The notes beneath the pieces were generated by a model. It was not told the DNA's origin. It made no database searches and worked only from the letters and a program-made list of their open reading frames with translations. The position numbers and the translations under genes were made by a program. From Candidatus Woesearchaeota archaeon (GTDB lineage: Archaea; Nanobdellota; Nanobdellia; Pacearchaeales; GW2011-AR1), in the NCBI GenBank assembly GCA_964485045.1, contig CAZAGO010000004.1, forward strand, positions 1-38,564: a stretch of 38,564 bases of DNA, written 5' to 3'. Every line of letters starts with the position of its first letter. Positions within the stretch are counted from its first letter, which is position 1. Shown piece by piece: positions 7,102 through 15,498 of the stretch.

Positions 7102-8532
7102 ATGAGTTTTATTTGGTACGATTTAGGTTTATTATTTGTATTTGTGGTGATGATTTCTTTTTTCCTATATTCTAAAAGAAAAAATATTCAAAAGGAAGGT
7201 TTGCTTCTTCTATATAAAACGCCTTGGGGAATAAATTTTATAAATAAAATAGGAAAAAAGTACAAAAGAACTATGAAAGCTTTAAGCTGGCTTTCAATAA
7301 TTTCTGGATATATTCTTATGGCTGGAATGATTTACCTTGTATTTAAAATAATACAGATTTATCTTTTTAATCAAGACATAGTTCGGGCCATAAAAGTTCC
7401 TCCTATAATGCCTCTTATTCCATACATAGATAAGATAGTTCCAGGACTCCCTAGTTTTTATTTTATTTATTGGATTTTAATAATTATAATAATAGCAATT
7501 CCACATGAATTCGCCCATGGAATTATTGCGGCATATAATAAAGTAAAAATAAAAACTACAGGTTTTGGTTTCTTTCCTTCTTTCCTTCCAATTTTCTTAG
7601 CAGCATTTGTAGAACTTGATGAGAAAGTAATGAATAAAAAAAGCAAATTCAAGCAAATGGCAACCCTTTCTGCAGGAACATTTGCAAATGTAATTGTAGC
7701 GTTTCTACTTTTGGGAATTCTTTGGATTACTTTTCCGCTTTTATTCGTTTCTTCAGGGGTTATATTTGATACCTATTCATTATCTCTTCTAAATTCTAGC
7801 AGCATAATCACAATTGATGGAGAGAATATTTCTTTACTTGATTATGGAATTCTGATTGAAAAAACTAATAAAGAAAATATAACTGAAATAAAAACTTCAA
7901 ATAAAACTTATATCCTAGATAAAGAGTTGGTATCAAAAGAGGGTTACGAAGAAATTTTTGATATGGGATATCTTGTAGTTTATGAAGATGCTCCTGCAAT
8001 AAGAGTTGGTTTAGAAGGAACCATAGTAAAAATACAGGAAAAGAGAGTAAAAGATACAAAAGAACTCCAAGAAGAAATGAAAAAATACTCTCCAGGAGAT
8101 AATATTACAATTTCAACTCTAATAAATGATTCTGAAAAAGAATTTCAAATAACTCTTGGAGAAAGTCCAAAAAATAAGACAACCCCTTGGGTAGGTGTTG
8201 AAATATTAAATACTCAACAAAAACCTCTAGCTGTATTTTTGTCTAAGATTATGAGCTTTAGAGATGCACATACTTCTTATTCTCCAAGATTAGGGGAATT
8301 TAGTATGTTTATATACAATCTTCTCTGGTGGGCAACCCTCATATGTTTCAGCGTAGCACTAGTAAATATGCTTCCAATTGGATTATTTGATGGAGGAAGA
8401 TTCTTTTATCTAACTGTCCTTGCAATAACTAAAAGTGAACAAAAAGCAAAAAAAACGTTCTCTATTTTAACTTACCTTTTCTTGCTTCTTATTTTAATAC
8501 TCATGGTCTTATGGGCTCTTAGTTTCTTTTAA
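7102..8532 (+). CDS. site-2 protease family (M50) membrane metalloprotease with a PDZ-like insert
   Basis: HEFAHG zinc motif within a TM segment. Second motif NMLPIGLFDGG. Multiple TM helices. Confidence 0.82.
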   Translation: MSFIWYDLGLLFVFVVMISFFLYSKRKNIQKEGLLLLYKTPWGINFINKIGKKYKRTMKALSWLSIISGYILMAGMIYLVFKIIQIYLFNQDIVRAIKVPPIMPLIPYIDKIVPGLPSFYFIYWILIIIIIAIPHEFAHGIIAAYNKVKIKTTGFGFFPSFLPIFLAAFVELDEKVMNKKSKFKQMATLSAGTFANVIVAFLLLGILWITFPLLFVSSGVIFDTYSLSLLNSSSIITIDGENISLLDYGILIEKTNKENITEIKTSNKTYILDKELVSKEGYEEIFDMGYLVVYEDAPAIRVGLEGTIVKIQEKRVKDTKELQEEMKKYSPGDNITISTLINDSEKEFQITLGESPKNKTTPWVGVEILNTQQKPLAVFLSKIMSFRDAHTSYSPRLGEFSMFIYNLLWWATLICFSVALVNMLPIGLFDGGRFFYLTVLAITKSEQKAKKTFSILTYLFLLLILILMVLWALSFF

Positions 8533-8758
8533 AAATAAAAACTTTCTTCTTCTTTAAGTAAATGATAATAGAAAAAATAAAAGGAACGCTTAGAAAAAAA
8601 TGCTATTCTTTGATTGTATATTTATAGAATAATCTTTGTAAAAATTTATATTGTCTAAATTTCTATTGCAGATATGAAAAAAGCAAAACTTGAATATCTA
8701 GAAAAACAAAGAGAATTTTTTATAAATGTTGAGGGAAAAATTGTTAATTGCATAGAAA

Positions 8759-9754
8759 ATGGAATCTAAAGGAATAATCGAAGTAATGAAAGAGCAAGGA
8801 TATAGATTTGTAGGAGACCATGCAGCAGTAAAAATATGCAGATGGACAAAAAAATCTCTCAGAAATGAGGGGGTTTGTTATAAAGAAAAATTTTATGGAA
8901 TACAAAGCCATCGATGTTGTCAAATGAGTCCTTGGCTTGGATGTGAAAATAAATGCCTTCACTGTTGGCGAGCATTAGAATTAGACTTTAATAAAATTAT
9001 AAATAAAAAAGAAATAAAAACACCACAAGAAATCATAGATGGATGCATAATTGCCCAAAGAAAATTACTTGAAGGATTTAACATAGATAAAAATTCAAAA
9101 AAAAGACAGCTTAGCAAAGCAGACATGAAAAAATTTGCAGAAGCGCAAGAACCGACTCAATTTGCTATATCTCTTTCCGGAGAACCCACAATTTATGATA
9201 ATATTGGAGGACTGATAGAAGAATTAAAAAAAAGAGGGAAAACGAGTTTCTTAGTAACAAATGGACTTCATCCAGAAAAGATAAAAGAACTTCTTGAAAA
9301 TAAACAACTTCCTACACAATTATATGTTTCTGTGAATTCACACAATAAAGAAAGTTATGATAAATTTCATAGAAGCTCCATGAAAGATGCTTGGGAAAAA
9401 TTAAATGAAACTTTAGAATTACTTCCAAAACTAAAAAAAATAACTAGAACGGTATTTAGAATGAATTTAATTTTAAATTTAAATATGAATAAAGAATACA
9501 TTAAAGATTATGCCATTCTAATTAAAAAATCTAAACCTCTATTTCTTGAAGTAAAGGGGTTTATGAGTGTTGGTTTTGCAAGACAAAGATTAGGATACGA
9601 TAGAATGCCTAAATTTGAAGACATTCTTAATTTTTCTAAAATGCTCTCAAAAGAATTAAAAGAAATTGGAGAAGATTATAAAATTCTTGATAGCCAAGAG
9701 TTCTCAAGAGTAGCTGTTCTTGGAAAAAGTAAGAAAGATTTGAGAATAAGATAA
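8759..9754 (+). CDS. taw1: tRNA 4-demethylwyosine synthase Taw1 (TYW1, radical SAM)
   Basis: HAAVKICRWTKKSL...CYKEKFYGIQSHRC plus the radical-SAM cluster region CENKCLHCWR. Confidence 0.85.
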   Translation: MESKGIIEVMKEQGYRFVGDHAAVKICRWTKKSLRNEGVCYKEKFYGIQSHRCCQMSPWLGCENKCLHCWRALELDFNKIINKKEIKTPQEIIDGCIIAQRKLLEGFNIDKNSKKRQLSKADMKKFAEAQEPTQFAISLSGEPTIYDNIGGLIEELKKRGKTSFLVTNGLHPEKIKELLENKQLPTQLYVSVNSHNKESYDKFHRSSMKDAWEKLNETLELLPKLKKITRTVFRMNLILNLNMNKEYIKDYAILIKKSKPLFLEVKGFMSVGFARQRLGYDRMPKFEDILNFSKMLSKELKEIGEDYKILDSQEFSRVAVLGKSKKDLRIR

Positions 9755-9784
9755 ACTTAAAAATAATGAATTTTTAAAAAATCA

Positions 9785-10345
9785 ATGAAAAATCTGCCTT
9801 GTTTGAAAAAAGAAAGCATAAAATTAATTCCTCCCACTTTAACTCAAAAAAATATAGATCTTTATACTAGGTGGTTGGATGATTCCAAAGTAAAGGAAGG
9901 TATAGGCTTGCTTGAAAAGATTTCAAAACAAGAAGTCTATGATTTGTTAAGTCAATGGAAAAAAGATCCTCTAAAGATGCATTGGTTTATTTATTCTAAA
10001 AAGTTTAAATTTCCTACAGGAGATATAAACCTAGATAAAATTCCAAATATTTTTGAAGAATGCCCTGATCTTTCTGATTTAGAAAATTATTCATTCCATA
10101 ATGCTGCAGAAATAAAGATAATGATCTGTGGAGATTACCAAAAACAAGGTCTTGGAAGATTATCTGCTCAATCTGTAATAGAATACGGATTCAAAGAAAA
10201 AAAACTTGATTCAATTTATGCATTCGTTTATGATGATAATATTGGTTCTAAAATTCTTTTTAAAAAATTAGGATTTGAAAAGATAGGTTCCCATATAGAA
10301 AAAGTAAGCAATAGAAAAGAGAATACTTTAATTTTAAAAAAATAA
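9785..10345 (+). CDS. GNAT-family N-acetyltransferase (RimJ/RimL-like)
   Basis: Acetyl-CoA motif region YQKQGLGRLSAQSVIEYGF...NIGSKILFKKLGFEKIG. A CTTAAAAA box is centred 25.5 nt before the ATG. Confidence 0.7.
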   Translation: MKNLPCLKKESIKLIPPTLTQKNIDLYTRWLDDSKVKEGIGLLEKISKQEVYDLLSQWKKDPLKMHWFIYSKKFKFPTGDINLDKIPNIFEECPDLSDLENYSFHNAAEIKIMICGDYQKQGLGRLSAQSVIEYGFKEKKLDSIYAFVYDDNIGSKILFKKLGFEKIGSHIEKVSNRKENTLILKK

Positions 10346-10347
10346 TT

Positions 10348-10424
10348 TATAAGTTAATTATTCCTTCCGGCGTTTTATGGAATAAAACGATGTAGGATAG
10401 AACTATAAGTTAATTATTCCTTCC
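10348..10424. repeat. 21-nt perfect direct repeat (10348-10368 and 10404-10424) flanking a 7-bp hairpin
   Basis: TATAAGTTAATTATTCCTTCC occurs twice, 56 nt apart. The second copy encodes the last 7 codons plus stop of the minus-strand gene. Hairpin CGTTTTA-TGGAA-TAAAACG lies at 10371-10389. Confidence 0.85.
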
Positions 10425-10753
10425 TTCGTTAAAGCAACAAATCTTACACCCATTGGAAGATCAATTAAAGCAGAAATTAAAGCCATGTGTTCTTTTCCAT
10501 CTCCAGATGCAAGACTCACTGAAACTTCCAACCCTTCAAATTTTCTATTAAGTTTTTCCTTAAATTCCTCTTTCAAATCCTTTATTCTTTTATTTAAATC
10601 TACTTTTATAAATTCAAAGGGCTTCTCATGAGTAAAACCTTTTGCAAAATCGTCTCCCAATATAAAAATTTTATCCCATTCGCCTTGTTTCATTAAACCA
10701 GAAACCTGTCCCCAAGTCCCTTTTCCAGAAGATAATAATGCCACGAGTTCCAT
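10403..10753 (-). CDS. hypothetical 116-aa Rossmann-like protein (start uncertain; the ORF extends to 10849)
   Basis: MELVALLSSGKGTWGQV...VSLASGDGKEHMALISAL. A CTTATAAA box is centred 26.5 nt upstream of the ATG at 10753. The longer ORF only adds an AT-rich 32-aa extension. Confidence 0.5.
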   Translation of the reverse strand: MELVALLSSGKGTWGQVSGLMKQGEWDKIFILGDDFAKGFTHEKPFEFIKVDLNKRIKDLKEEFKEKLNRKFEGLEVSVSLASGDGKEHMALISALIDLPMGVRFVALTKEGIINL

Positions 10754-10904
10754 GAAAGAATAAAAAATTATTCTATTTATAAGGATTATTGTGTTTTTTA
10801 AAAGAAGTTTTAATAAACTTATTTCTAAAACAAAACGTATAAAATTCATTCAAGATTTAAAATCAATAAGTTAACTTTATAAACCCAAAATTTCTAAGAC
10901 AAAT

Positions 10905-11068
10905 ATCCGATTGAACCATATCGCGAGTGCATATATTCTATGGTACTGGCGCATAATTTGGGAGGATAGAAATAAAGTTGGTTCGTACAACTTTAATCGG
11001 AGGCAATTAAAAAAGTTGCCTTTCAACGATTTGAGGAAAATCGAAAAAAACCAGAGGGTTGTTTTCAA
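10905..11068 (+). promoter_or_regulatory. structured 5' leader of the rpl1-rpl10-rpl12 operon with a candidate L1 operator (10995-11031)
   Basis: TTTATAAA at 10876-10883 predicts a start near 10905. Hairpin at 10975-10993. AATCG-GA-GGCAA-loop-TTGCC-TTTCAA-CGATT at 10995-11031, with an alternative hairpin at 11027-11043. GAGGG lies 10 nt before the ATG. Confidence 0.4.
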
Positions 11069-11692
11069 ATGGAAAAAGAAATACTAACTGCATTAGCAGA
11101 ATTAAGAAAGAATAAAGAAAGAAAGTTTGATCAAACAGTAGATTTAATTATTAATTTGCAAAAATTTGATGCGAGAAAAAATCAAATAAACCTAGTAATA
11201 ACTACTCCTTACAAAATCAAAGATAAAAAGATATGCGCATTTTTAGATTCTAAAAGCAATTATATAGACTCAGTTACAAAAGAGGAATTTAAAAAATATT
11301 CTGGAAAAAGAGAAGTAAAAAAATTGGTAAGAAAATATGATTTTTTTATAGCTCAATCAAGCCTTATGCCTTCCGTAGCAACTACTTTTGGAAGAGCGCT
11401 TGGGCCTTCAGGAAAAATGCCTTCACCTCAGATGGGAATAATCCTTAACTCTGATGAAAAAACAATAAGAGATTCTAAGGAAAAAATAAATAATAGTTTA
11501 AAAATAAAAACAAAAGAATCTAGCATAAAACTTTCAATAGGAAAACAAAGTATGAAAGATAAGGAAATAGCAGAAAATATTCTTGCAGTTTATTCAACTG
11601 TTTTAAAAAATCTTCCAAAAGGAAAAGATAACATAAAAAATATTGAAATAAAATTTACTATGACTAAACCCCAAAAATTGAAAACAAAATGA
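11069..11692 (+). CDS. rpl1: 50S ribosomal protein uL1
   Basis: FDQTVDLIINL..., FFIAQSSLMPSVATTFGRALGPSGKMP. Followed by P0 and P1. Confidence 0.93.
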   Translation: MEKEILTALAELRKNKERKFDQTVDLIINLQKFDARKNQINLVITTPYKIKDKKICAFLDSKSNYIDSVTKEEFKKYSGKREVKKLVRKYDFFIAQSSLMPSVATTFGRALGPSGKMPSPQMGIILNSDEKTIRDSKEKINNSLKIKTKESSIKLSIGKQSMKDKEIAENILAVYSTVLKNLPKGKDNIKNIEIKFTMTKPQKLKTK

Positions 11693-12498
11693 CTGAAAAA
11701 AATAAAATATCTCCTGAAAAAAAGAAAGTTACAGAGGACCTTAAAAAGTTGATGAAAGAAAGCAAAACTATTTTAATAGCTTCAATAAAAAATCTTCCAG
11801 GTTCTCAATTTCAAGAAATAAAGAAAAAATTAAGAGGAAAGGCTATAGTAAAAGTCCCAAAGAGAAGTCTTTCTTTGATTGCAATAGATTCTTTAAAAGA
11901 TAAAGATATGGAAAAATTAAAAGAAGAGATTAAAGAAAGTACTGCAATTCTTTTTTCAAAAATAGATTGTTTTGAGCTTGCTTCTGAGTTAGAAGATATA
12001 AAGAGCCCTGCTAAAGCAAAAGCAGGACAGGTTGCTCCAGAAGATATTGAAATTCCAGAAGGTCCAACGGATTTAGTTCCAGGTCCTGCAATAAGCGAAC
12101 TGGGAGCACTTGGAATTAAGATACAAATTGATAAGGGAAAAATTTTGATTAAAGAATCAAAAATAATAACAAAGAAAGGACAAAAAATTTCTCAAGGAGC
12201 ATGCGATATTATGAGTAAACTTGGAATAAAGCCCTTTACCGTAGGATTTGTTCCTCTTAGTGCATTTGATATTGAAGAGAAAAAAATATACTTGAACATA
12301 AAAATAGATAGAAAAGAAATAATAAATAAATTAAAAGAAGCCTATGGAAGAGCTCTTCCTTTTGCAGTTTCAATTTCATACACAAATGAAAAGACTATAG
12401 GTTTCCTTCTTGCAAAGGCAGATTCTCATGCAAAAGTTTTGAAAAATTTACAACCTTCAGATAATACTCAATCAGATAATACTGAGGGAGAAAATTAA
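11689..12498 (+). CDS. rpl10: 50S ribosomal protein uL10 (P0), short form lacking the usual C-terminal stalk tail
   Basis: GQVAPEDIEIPEGPTDLVPGPAISELGALGIKIQIDKGKI matches archaeal P0. Ends ...SDNTQSDNTEGEN rather than the P1-like tail. ATGA overlap with rpl1. Confidence 0.88.
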   Translation: MTEKNKISPEKKKVTEDLKKLMKESKTILIASIKNLPGSQFQEIKKKLRGKAIVKVPKRSLSLIAIDSLKDKDMEKLKEEIKESTAILFSKIDCFELASELEDIKSPAKAKAGQVAPEDIEIPEGPTDLVPGPAISELGALGIKIQIDKGKILIKESKIITKKGQKISQGACDIMSKLGIKPFTVGFVPLSAFDIEEKKIYLNIKIDRKEIINKLKEAYGRALPFAVSISYTNEKTIGFLLAKADSHAKVLKNLQPSDNTQSDNTEGEN

Positions 12499-12522
12499 TA
12501 AATAAAACAAAAAAACAAGATA

Positions 12523-12816
12523 ATGGAAAACATATATGCGGCACTTTTGTTGCACAAAGCGGGCAAAGAAGTGAACGAAAATAACATAAAAAGTGTTGTT
12601 GCAGCAGCAGGCATCGAGACAGATGAATCTAAAATCAAGTCTCTTGTTGCCAGCTTAAAAAATGTCGATATAGACAAAGAGCTAGAAACTGCTAGTTTGG
12701 CTATTGCTGCTCCAGCGGCTGGCGCACATGCCGATGCTGAGAAGAAAGAAGAAGCAAAGCCAAAAGAAGAGAAGAAAGCGGCTGCAGCAGAAGGTTTGTC
12801 AGCACTATTCGGATAA
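12523..12816 (+). CDS. rpl12: 50S ribosomal stalk protein P1 (aL12)
   Basis: MENIYAALLLHKAGKEVNE..., an Ala/Pro hinge, and the conserved tail EEKKAAAAEGLSALFG. Confidence 0.93.
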   Translation: MENIYAALLLHKAGKEVNENNIKSVVAAAGIETDESKIKSLVASLKNVDIDKELETASLAIAAPAAGAHADAEKKEEAKPKEEKKAAAAEGLSALFG

Positions 12817-12856
12817 ATTATTTTTATTTAAACCGAGCTGGCAAACCCGCACTTTC

Positions 12857-12877
12857 CTAGTTGAAGCTGGAAACTAG
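12857..12877. terminator. hairpin CTAGTT-(9 nt)-AACTAG between convergent rpl12 and the 93-aa gene
   Basis: 6-bp stem inside a locally GC-rich ~50-nt island (12831-12880). Overlaps the stop codon of the minus-strand gene. No clear T-run follows it on the plus strand. Confidence 0.3.
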
Positions 12878-13155
12878 AGACCCTTCTTAGTTAGAATTTC
12901 AAGAACAAAAGATTTTTCCTTATCAGAAATTAAGAGGCTAGATAATTTTCCTGTTTTTAATTCTTCTCCATTAATTTTAGATTCACGAATGTCAAAACTA
13001 TAAATTACTGGATTAAAACCTTCTTTAAGCAAAAGCCTCCCTCTTCCATTTAAATCATTTCCGATATAAACCATTGGCTTTTCAGAAACCAAATAAATTC
13101 TATTGTATTCTAAGTTTGGGTAATTCTCCTCTCTCAAAAAAGAATCATTTTTCAT
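12874..13155 (-). CDS. hypothetical 93-aa protein
   Basis: ATG with TTTTTATA (13177-13184) centred exactly 25.5 nt upstream. I recognise no family. Confidence 0.55.
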   Translation of the reverse strand: MKNDSFLREENYPNLEYNRIYLVSEKPMVYIGNDLNGRGRLLLKEGFNPVIYSFDIRESKINGEELKTGKLSSLLISDKEKSFVLEILTKKGL

Positions 13156-13199
13156 ATAAATTTAGAACCAATAAGGTATAAAAAGATTATTACAAAAAA

Positions 13200-13844
13200 T
13201 TACTTAAATCTATCATAAAAATTAAATCTAAGAATAGCCATAAACACGTCAAAATTCAACCACCATCTAAAAAAAGTCCCTTTTAAAAAACCATATTTTG
13301 TTTCTTTAAGGGTTTGAAAATATGGAAAAACTTTATATCCAATTTTTCCATTATTCTTTTTTATAAATTTATTCATTCCATATTCTATTCTAAAACGATG
13401 TTTGTAAAATGGAGGAATTTTATTCCAGGTTTCTTTGGTTAAGGCCCTCTCTCCGGAATTAAGTGCAACTAATTTCCAAGTTTTCTGCATTAGATTATTC
13501 CTTATTCCTATATACATTTCATATTCTTTTTTTAATACTGGAGAAATTATTGAGTCTACTATTGAAGGAGTTAAATCCTTTAAATCTGCATCACAGAAAA
13601 AGATTACAGAGGATTTGGCTTTTTTAACACCTTCATTCATAGAATAAGCCTTACCTTTATTTTTGTTATTTCTAAAATACCTTACTTTTTTAAAATCCTT
13701 AACTGATTTTTCCGTTCCATCTGTAGAACCATCGTCAATGACTATAATTTCTCTTATTAAATTAGAAGAAGAAAGGACTTTGAGAACATTTTCAATTCTT
13801 CCCTTTTCATTATAACAAGGAACTATTGCAGATGCTTTAATCAT
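13200..13844 (-). CDS. family 2 glycosyltransferase (dolichyl-phosphate sugar synthase-like)
   Basis: SAIVPCYNEKGRI...IIVIDDGSTDGT...FFCDADL is the GT-A/GT2 pattern. 4-nt overlap with the upstream esterase gene. Confidence 0.75.
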   Translation of the reverse strand: MIKASAIVPCYNEKGRIENVLKVLSSSNLIREIIVIDDGSTDGTEKSVKDFKKVRYFRNNKNKGKAYSMNEGVKKAKSSVIFFCDADLKDLTPSIVDSIISPVLKKEYEMYIGIRNNLMQKTWKLVALNSGERALTKETWNKIPPFYKHRFRIEYGMNKFIKKNNGKIGYKVFPYFQTLKETKYGFLKGTFFRWWLNFDVFMAILRFNFYDRFK

Positions 13845-14611
13845 TTTATTTTAAGTTGGGTCTGTTTAAAAAACTTGCTCACTTCATCAAATACTAAAAG
13901 TTTAGAGCTTGAAAAAAAAGGATTATGCCCTCTATCTTGAAGATAAATCCCTTTTTTTAATTTAGAAGAAACACTAGATAAAATCTCTTTAATAGAATCT
14001 TTTTTAGCAAAAAGATCGCTTGAAAAATGAAAAAGAATTATAGGACATTTAATCTTATGAAGAATTGACTTAATTCTTTTATTGCCTACTTTTATTATTG
14101 AAAGGCCTTTTGAAGGCATATAAATATAATGAAAAGATTGTTCAAGATAATGCTTCTTTAAAACATTCTTAGTTTTTTTAACCTTTTTTTTAAAGTAAGC
14201 TAATTTTTCTAAAAAAGGAATATTCCAAGGAAATCTCAAACTATATGGAATAGAAAATAAAAAAACTCCACTTATAGGATATCTGGAAGCCAAATCCAGA
14301 GCTAATTGTGCTCCAAAACTATACCCTCCTAAAAAAATATTTTTTCCTCTTTTTAATTCTTTTTCTAATTCTCCTTCTAATTGATTTAAAAAATCTTCAT
14401 ACTCTAGAGGGAATAAATCTTCAATTACGGATTCATGCCCTATAAGTTTAATCGCTTTGACTTCAAGATTTAATTCTTTATTTAGAAAACTTGGAAATTT
14501 TCCAAAATCTCCAGGGCTTCCAGTATACCCATGAATTAAAATAAGTTCGTTATTGGACTTAGAATTTAATTTGATATTCCCTGTTTTTTTAATATTTTGG
14601 TGCTTATCCAT
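13841..14611 (-). CDS. alpha/beta-hydrolase (carboxylesterase-like)
   Basis: LILIHGYTGSPGDF, nucleophile elbow GGYSFGAQLAL, and a C-terminal ...DRGHNPF histidine region. Confidence 0.65.
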   Translation of the reverse strand: MDKHQNIKKTGNIKLNSKSNNELILIHGYTGSPGDFGKFPSFLNKELNLEVKAIKLIGHESVIEDLFPLEYEDFLNQLEGELEKELKRGKNIFLGGYSFGAQLALDLASRYPISGVFLFSIPYSLRFPWNIPFLEKLAYFKKKVKKTKNVLKKHYLEQSFHYIYMPSKGLSIIKVGNKRIKSILHKIKCPIILFHFSSDLFAKKDSIKEILSSVSSKLKKGIYLQDRGHNPFFSSSKLLVFDEVSKFFKQTQLKIK

Positions 14612-15168
14612 TTTTTTAATCCTACGAATGTCAAAATCAATAGAACAATTACTAAAAGAGCTACCTGAACATTTTTAAAAATATTCAAAATAAGATAGAA
14701 ACTGCTTCCAGAAAACCATCCAAGAGAAACTACAATCACTATCCAAAATAAACCTACGATGAGATCACTTATAAAAAATTCTAATAATTTTGTTCTTCTA
14801 AAACCTAAATATAAAAGAGTGAGTATTCTTGTACCGAATATAAATTTTGTAGTAAAAAGAAGATTAAGCGTTCCTTTTTTATTAAGCTTTAAAATGAGAG
14901 ATTTATATTTTTTAGATAAACTGGCGAATCTTTTAAAACTAGAAATATTTTGTACAATTTTCATTCTTCCTAATGCATAAAAAAAAGTATCACAAAGAAC
15001 AATCCCTAAAAAAGAAAAAAGAAAAACTTTCCAGATTGGAATAATTCCGTTTGCGGATAAAAAAGAAAGGGTCATTATTACCTCTTCCCCAGCAAAAAAT
15101 CCTCCTAAAAAAGAAGCTAATCCTCCATAAGAAGAAATCAAAGATAAAATATATTCTACAATTCCCAT
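14566..15168 (-). CDS. DedA/VTT-domain membrane protein
   Basis: GGFFAGEEVIMTLSFLSANG...CDTFFYALGR plus 4-5 TM helices. TTTTTAAA (15190-15197) is centred 25.5 nt upstream. Confidence 0.55.
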   Translation of the reverse strand: MGIVEYILSLISSYGGLASFLGGFFAGEEVIMTLSFLSANGIIPIWKVFLFSFLGIVLCDTFFYALGRMKIVQNISSFKRFASLSKKYKSLILKLNKKGTLNLLFTTKFIFGTRILTLLYLGFRRTKLLEFFISDLIVGLFWIVIVVSLGWFSGSSFYLILNIFKNVQVALLVIVLLILTFVGLKKWISTKILKKQGISN

Positions 15169-15226
15169 CGAATAATTAGATTTTTTTAGTTTAAAAAGAT
15201 TTCAAAAAAAACTATCTTATTTAAAT

Positions 15227-15243
15227 GCCGCCGCCAGGAATCG
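15227..15243 (-). repeat. orphan copy of the tRNA-Ser 3' end (T-loop 3' part + T stem + acceptor 3' strand)
   Basis: GCCGCCGCCAGGAATCG is identical to 15499-15515. The sequence beyond it cannot form a T arm. Confidence 0.85.
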
Positions 15244-15498
15244 GCAAAAGTTATTCTAACTTTAGCTGCATTTTGAACAACACTTAAATTTTCAAAACAC
15301 AAACAAGTTCGATTCTCGCAACTTTCTTCGGAGGCAAAAATCCCAAAGGATTTTGGACTGCGACGCGGAACATTTAGTTCCAGCGCGGAGGCAATTGAAA
15401 AATAAACCTTTTGGAAAGGTTTCCAAACCAGAAATTTCCAAGAGTTGCCCTTCAAGAATAAGTGGAAAATAGAAAAAAACCTGGAGGTTGTTTTCAAC
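15244..15498. repeat. orphan paralogue of the rpl1 leader element, bounded by the 17-bp tRNA-Ser 3'-end repeats
   Basis: 15444-15497 versus 11015-11068 is about 44/54 identical. AAGTT..CAACTTT..CGGAGGCAA is shared, and the CGGAGGCAA motif occurs twice here, with extra hairpins inserted. The ORFs the track calls here and at 10877-11068 have similar 'proteins' only because the DNA is similar. Confidence 0.7.

Noticed and set aside
8533-8758. A 226-nt intergenic region before taw1 with a 31-codon ORF (MKKAKLEYLEKQREFF...) and a TTTATAAA box
   Set aside because: No recognisable small-protein family, no RNA-gene signatures (no tRNA arms or C/D boxes), and the TATA box is plausibly the taw1 promoter with a ~10-nt leader. 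There is not enough evidence to call a feature.
10877-11068. 63-aa minus-strand ORF (MKTTLWFFSIFLKSLKG...) and its look-alikes at 15186-15497, 15292-15579 and 15445-15735
   Set aside because: The similar 'proteins' are just translations of the two homologous non-coding leader copies and of the tRNA-Ser locus. The ORFs overlap a tRNA gene, have no promoter or RBS geometry, and have odd composition.
12831-12880. Locally GC-rich island with near-repeat AGCTGGCAAAC / AGCTGGAAAC between rpl12 and the convergent 93-aa gene, considered as a small RNA or tRNA fragment
   Set aside because: No cloverleaf or known sRNA motif can be built on either strand. The only clear structure is a 6-bp hairpin overlapping a stop codon, so it is listed only as a low-confidence terminator.
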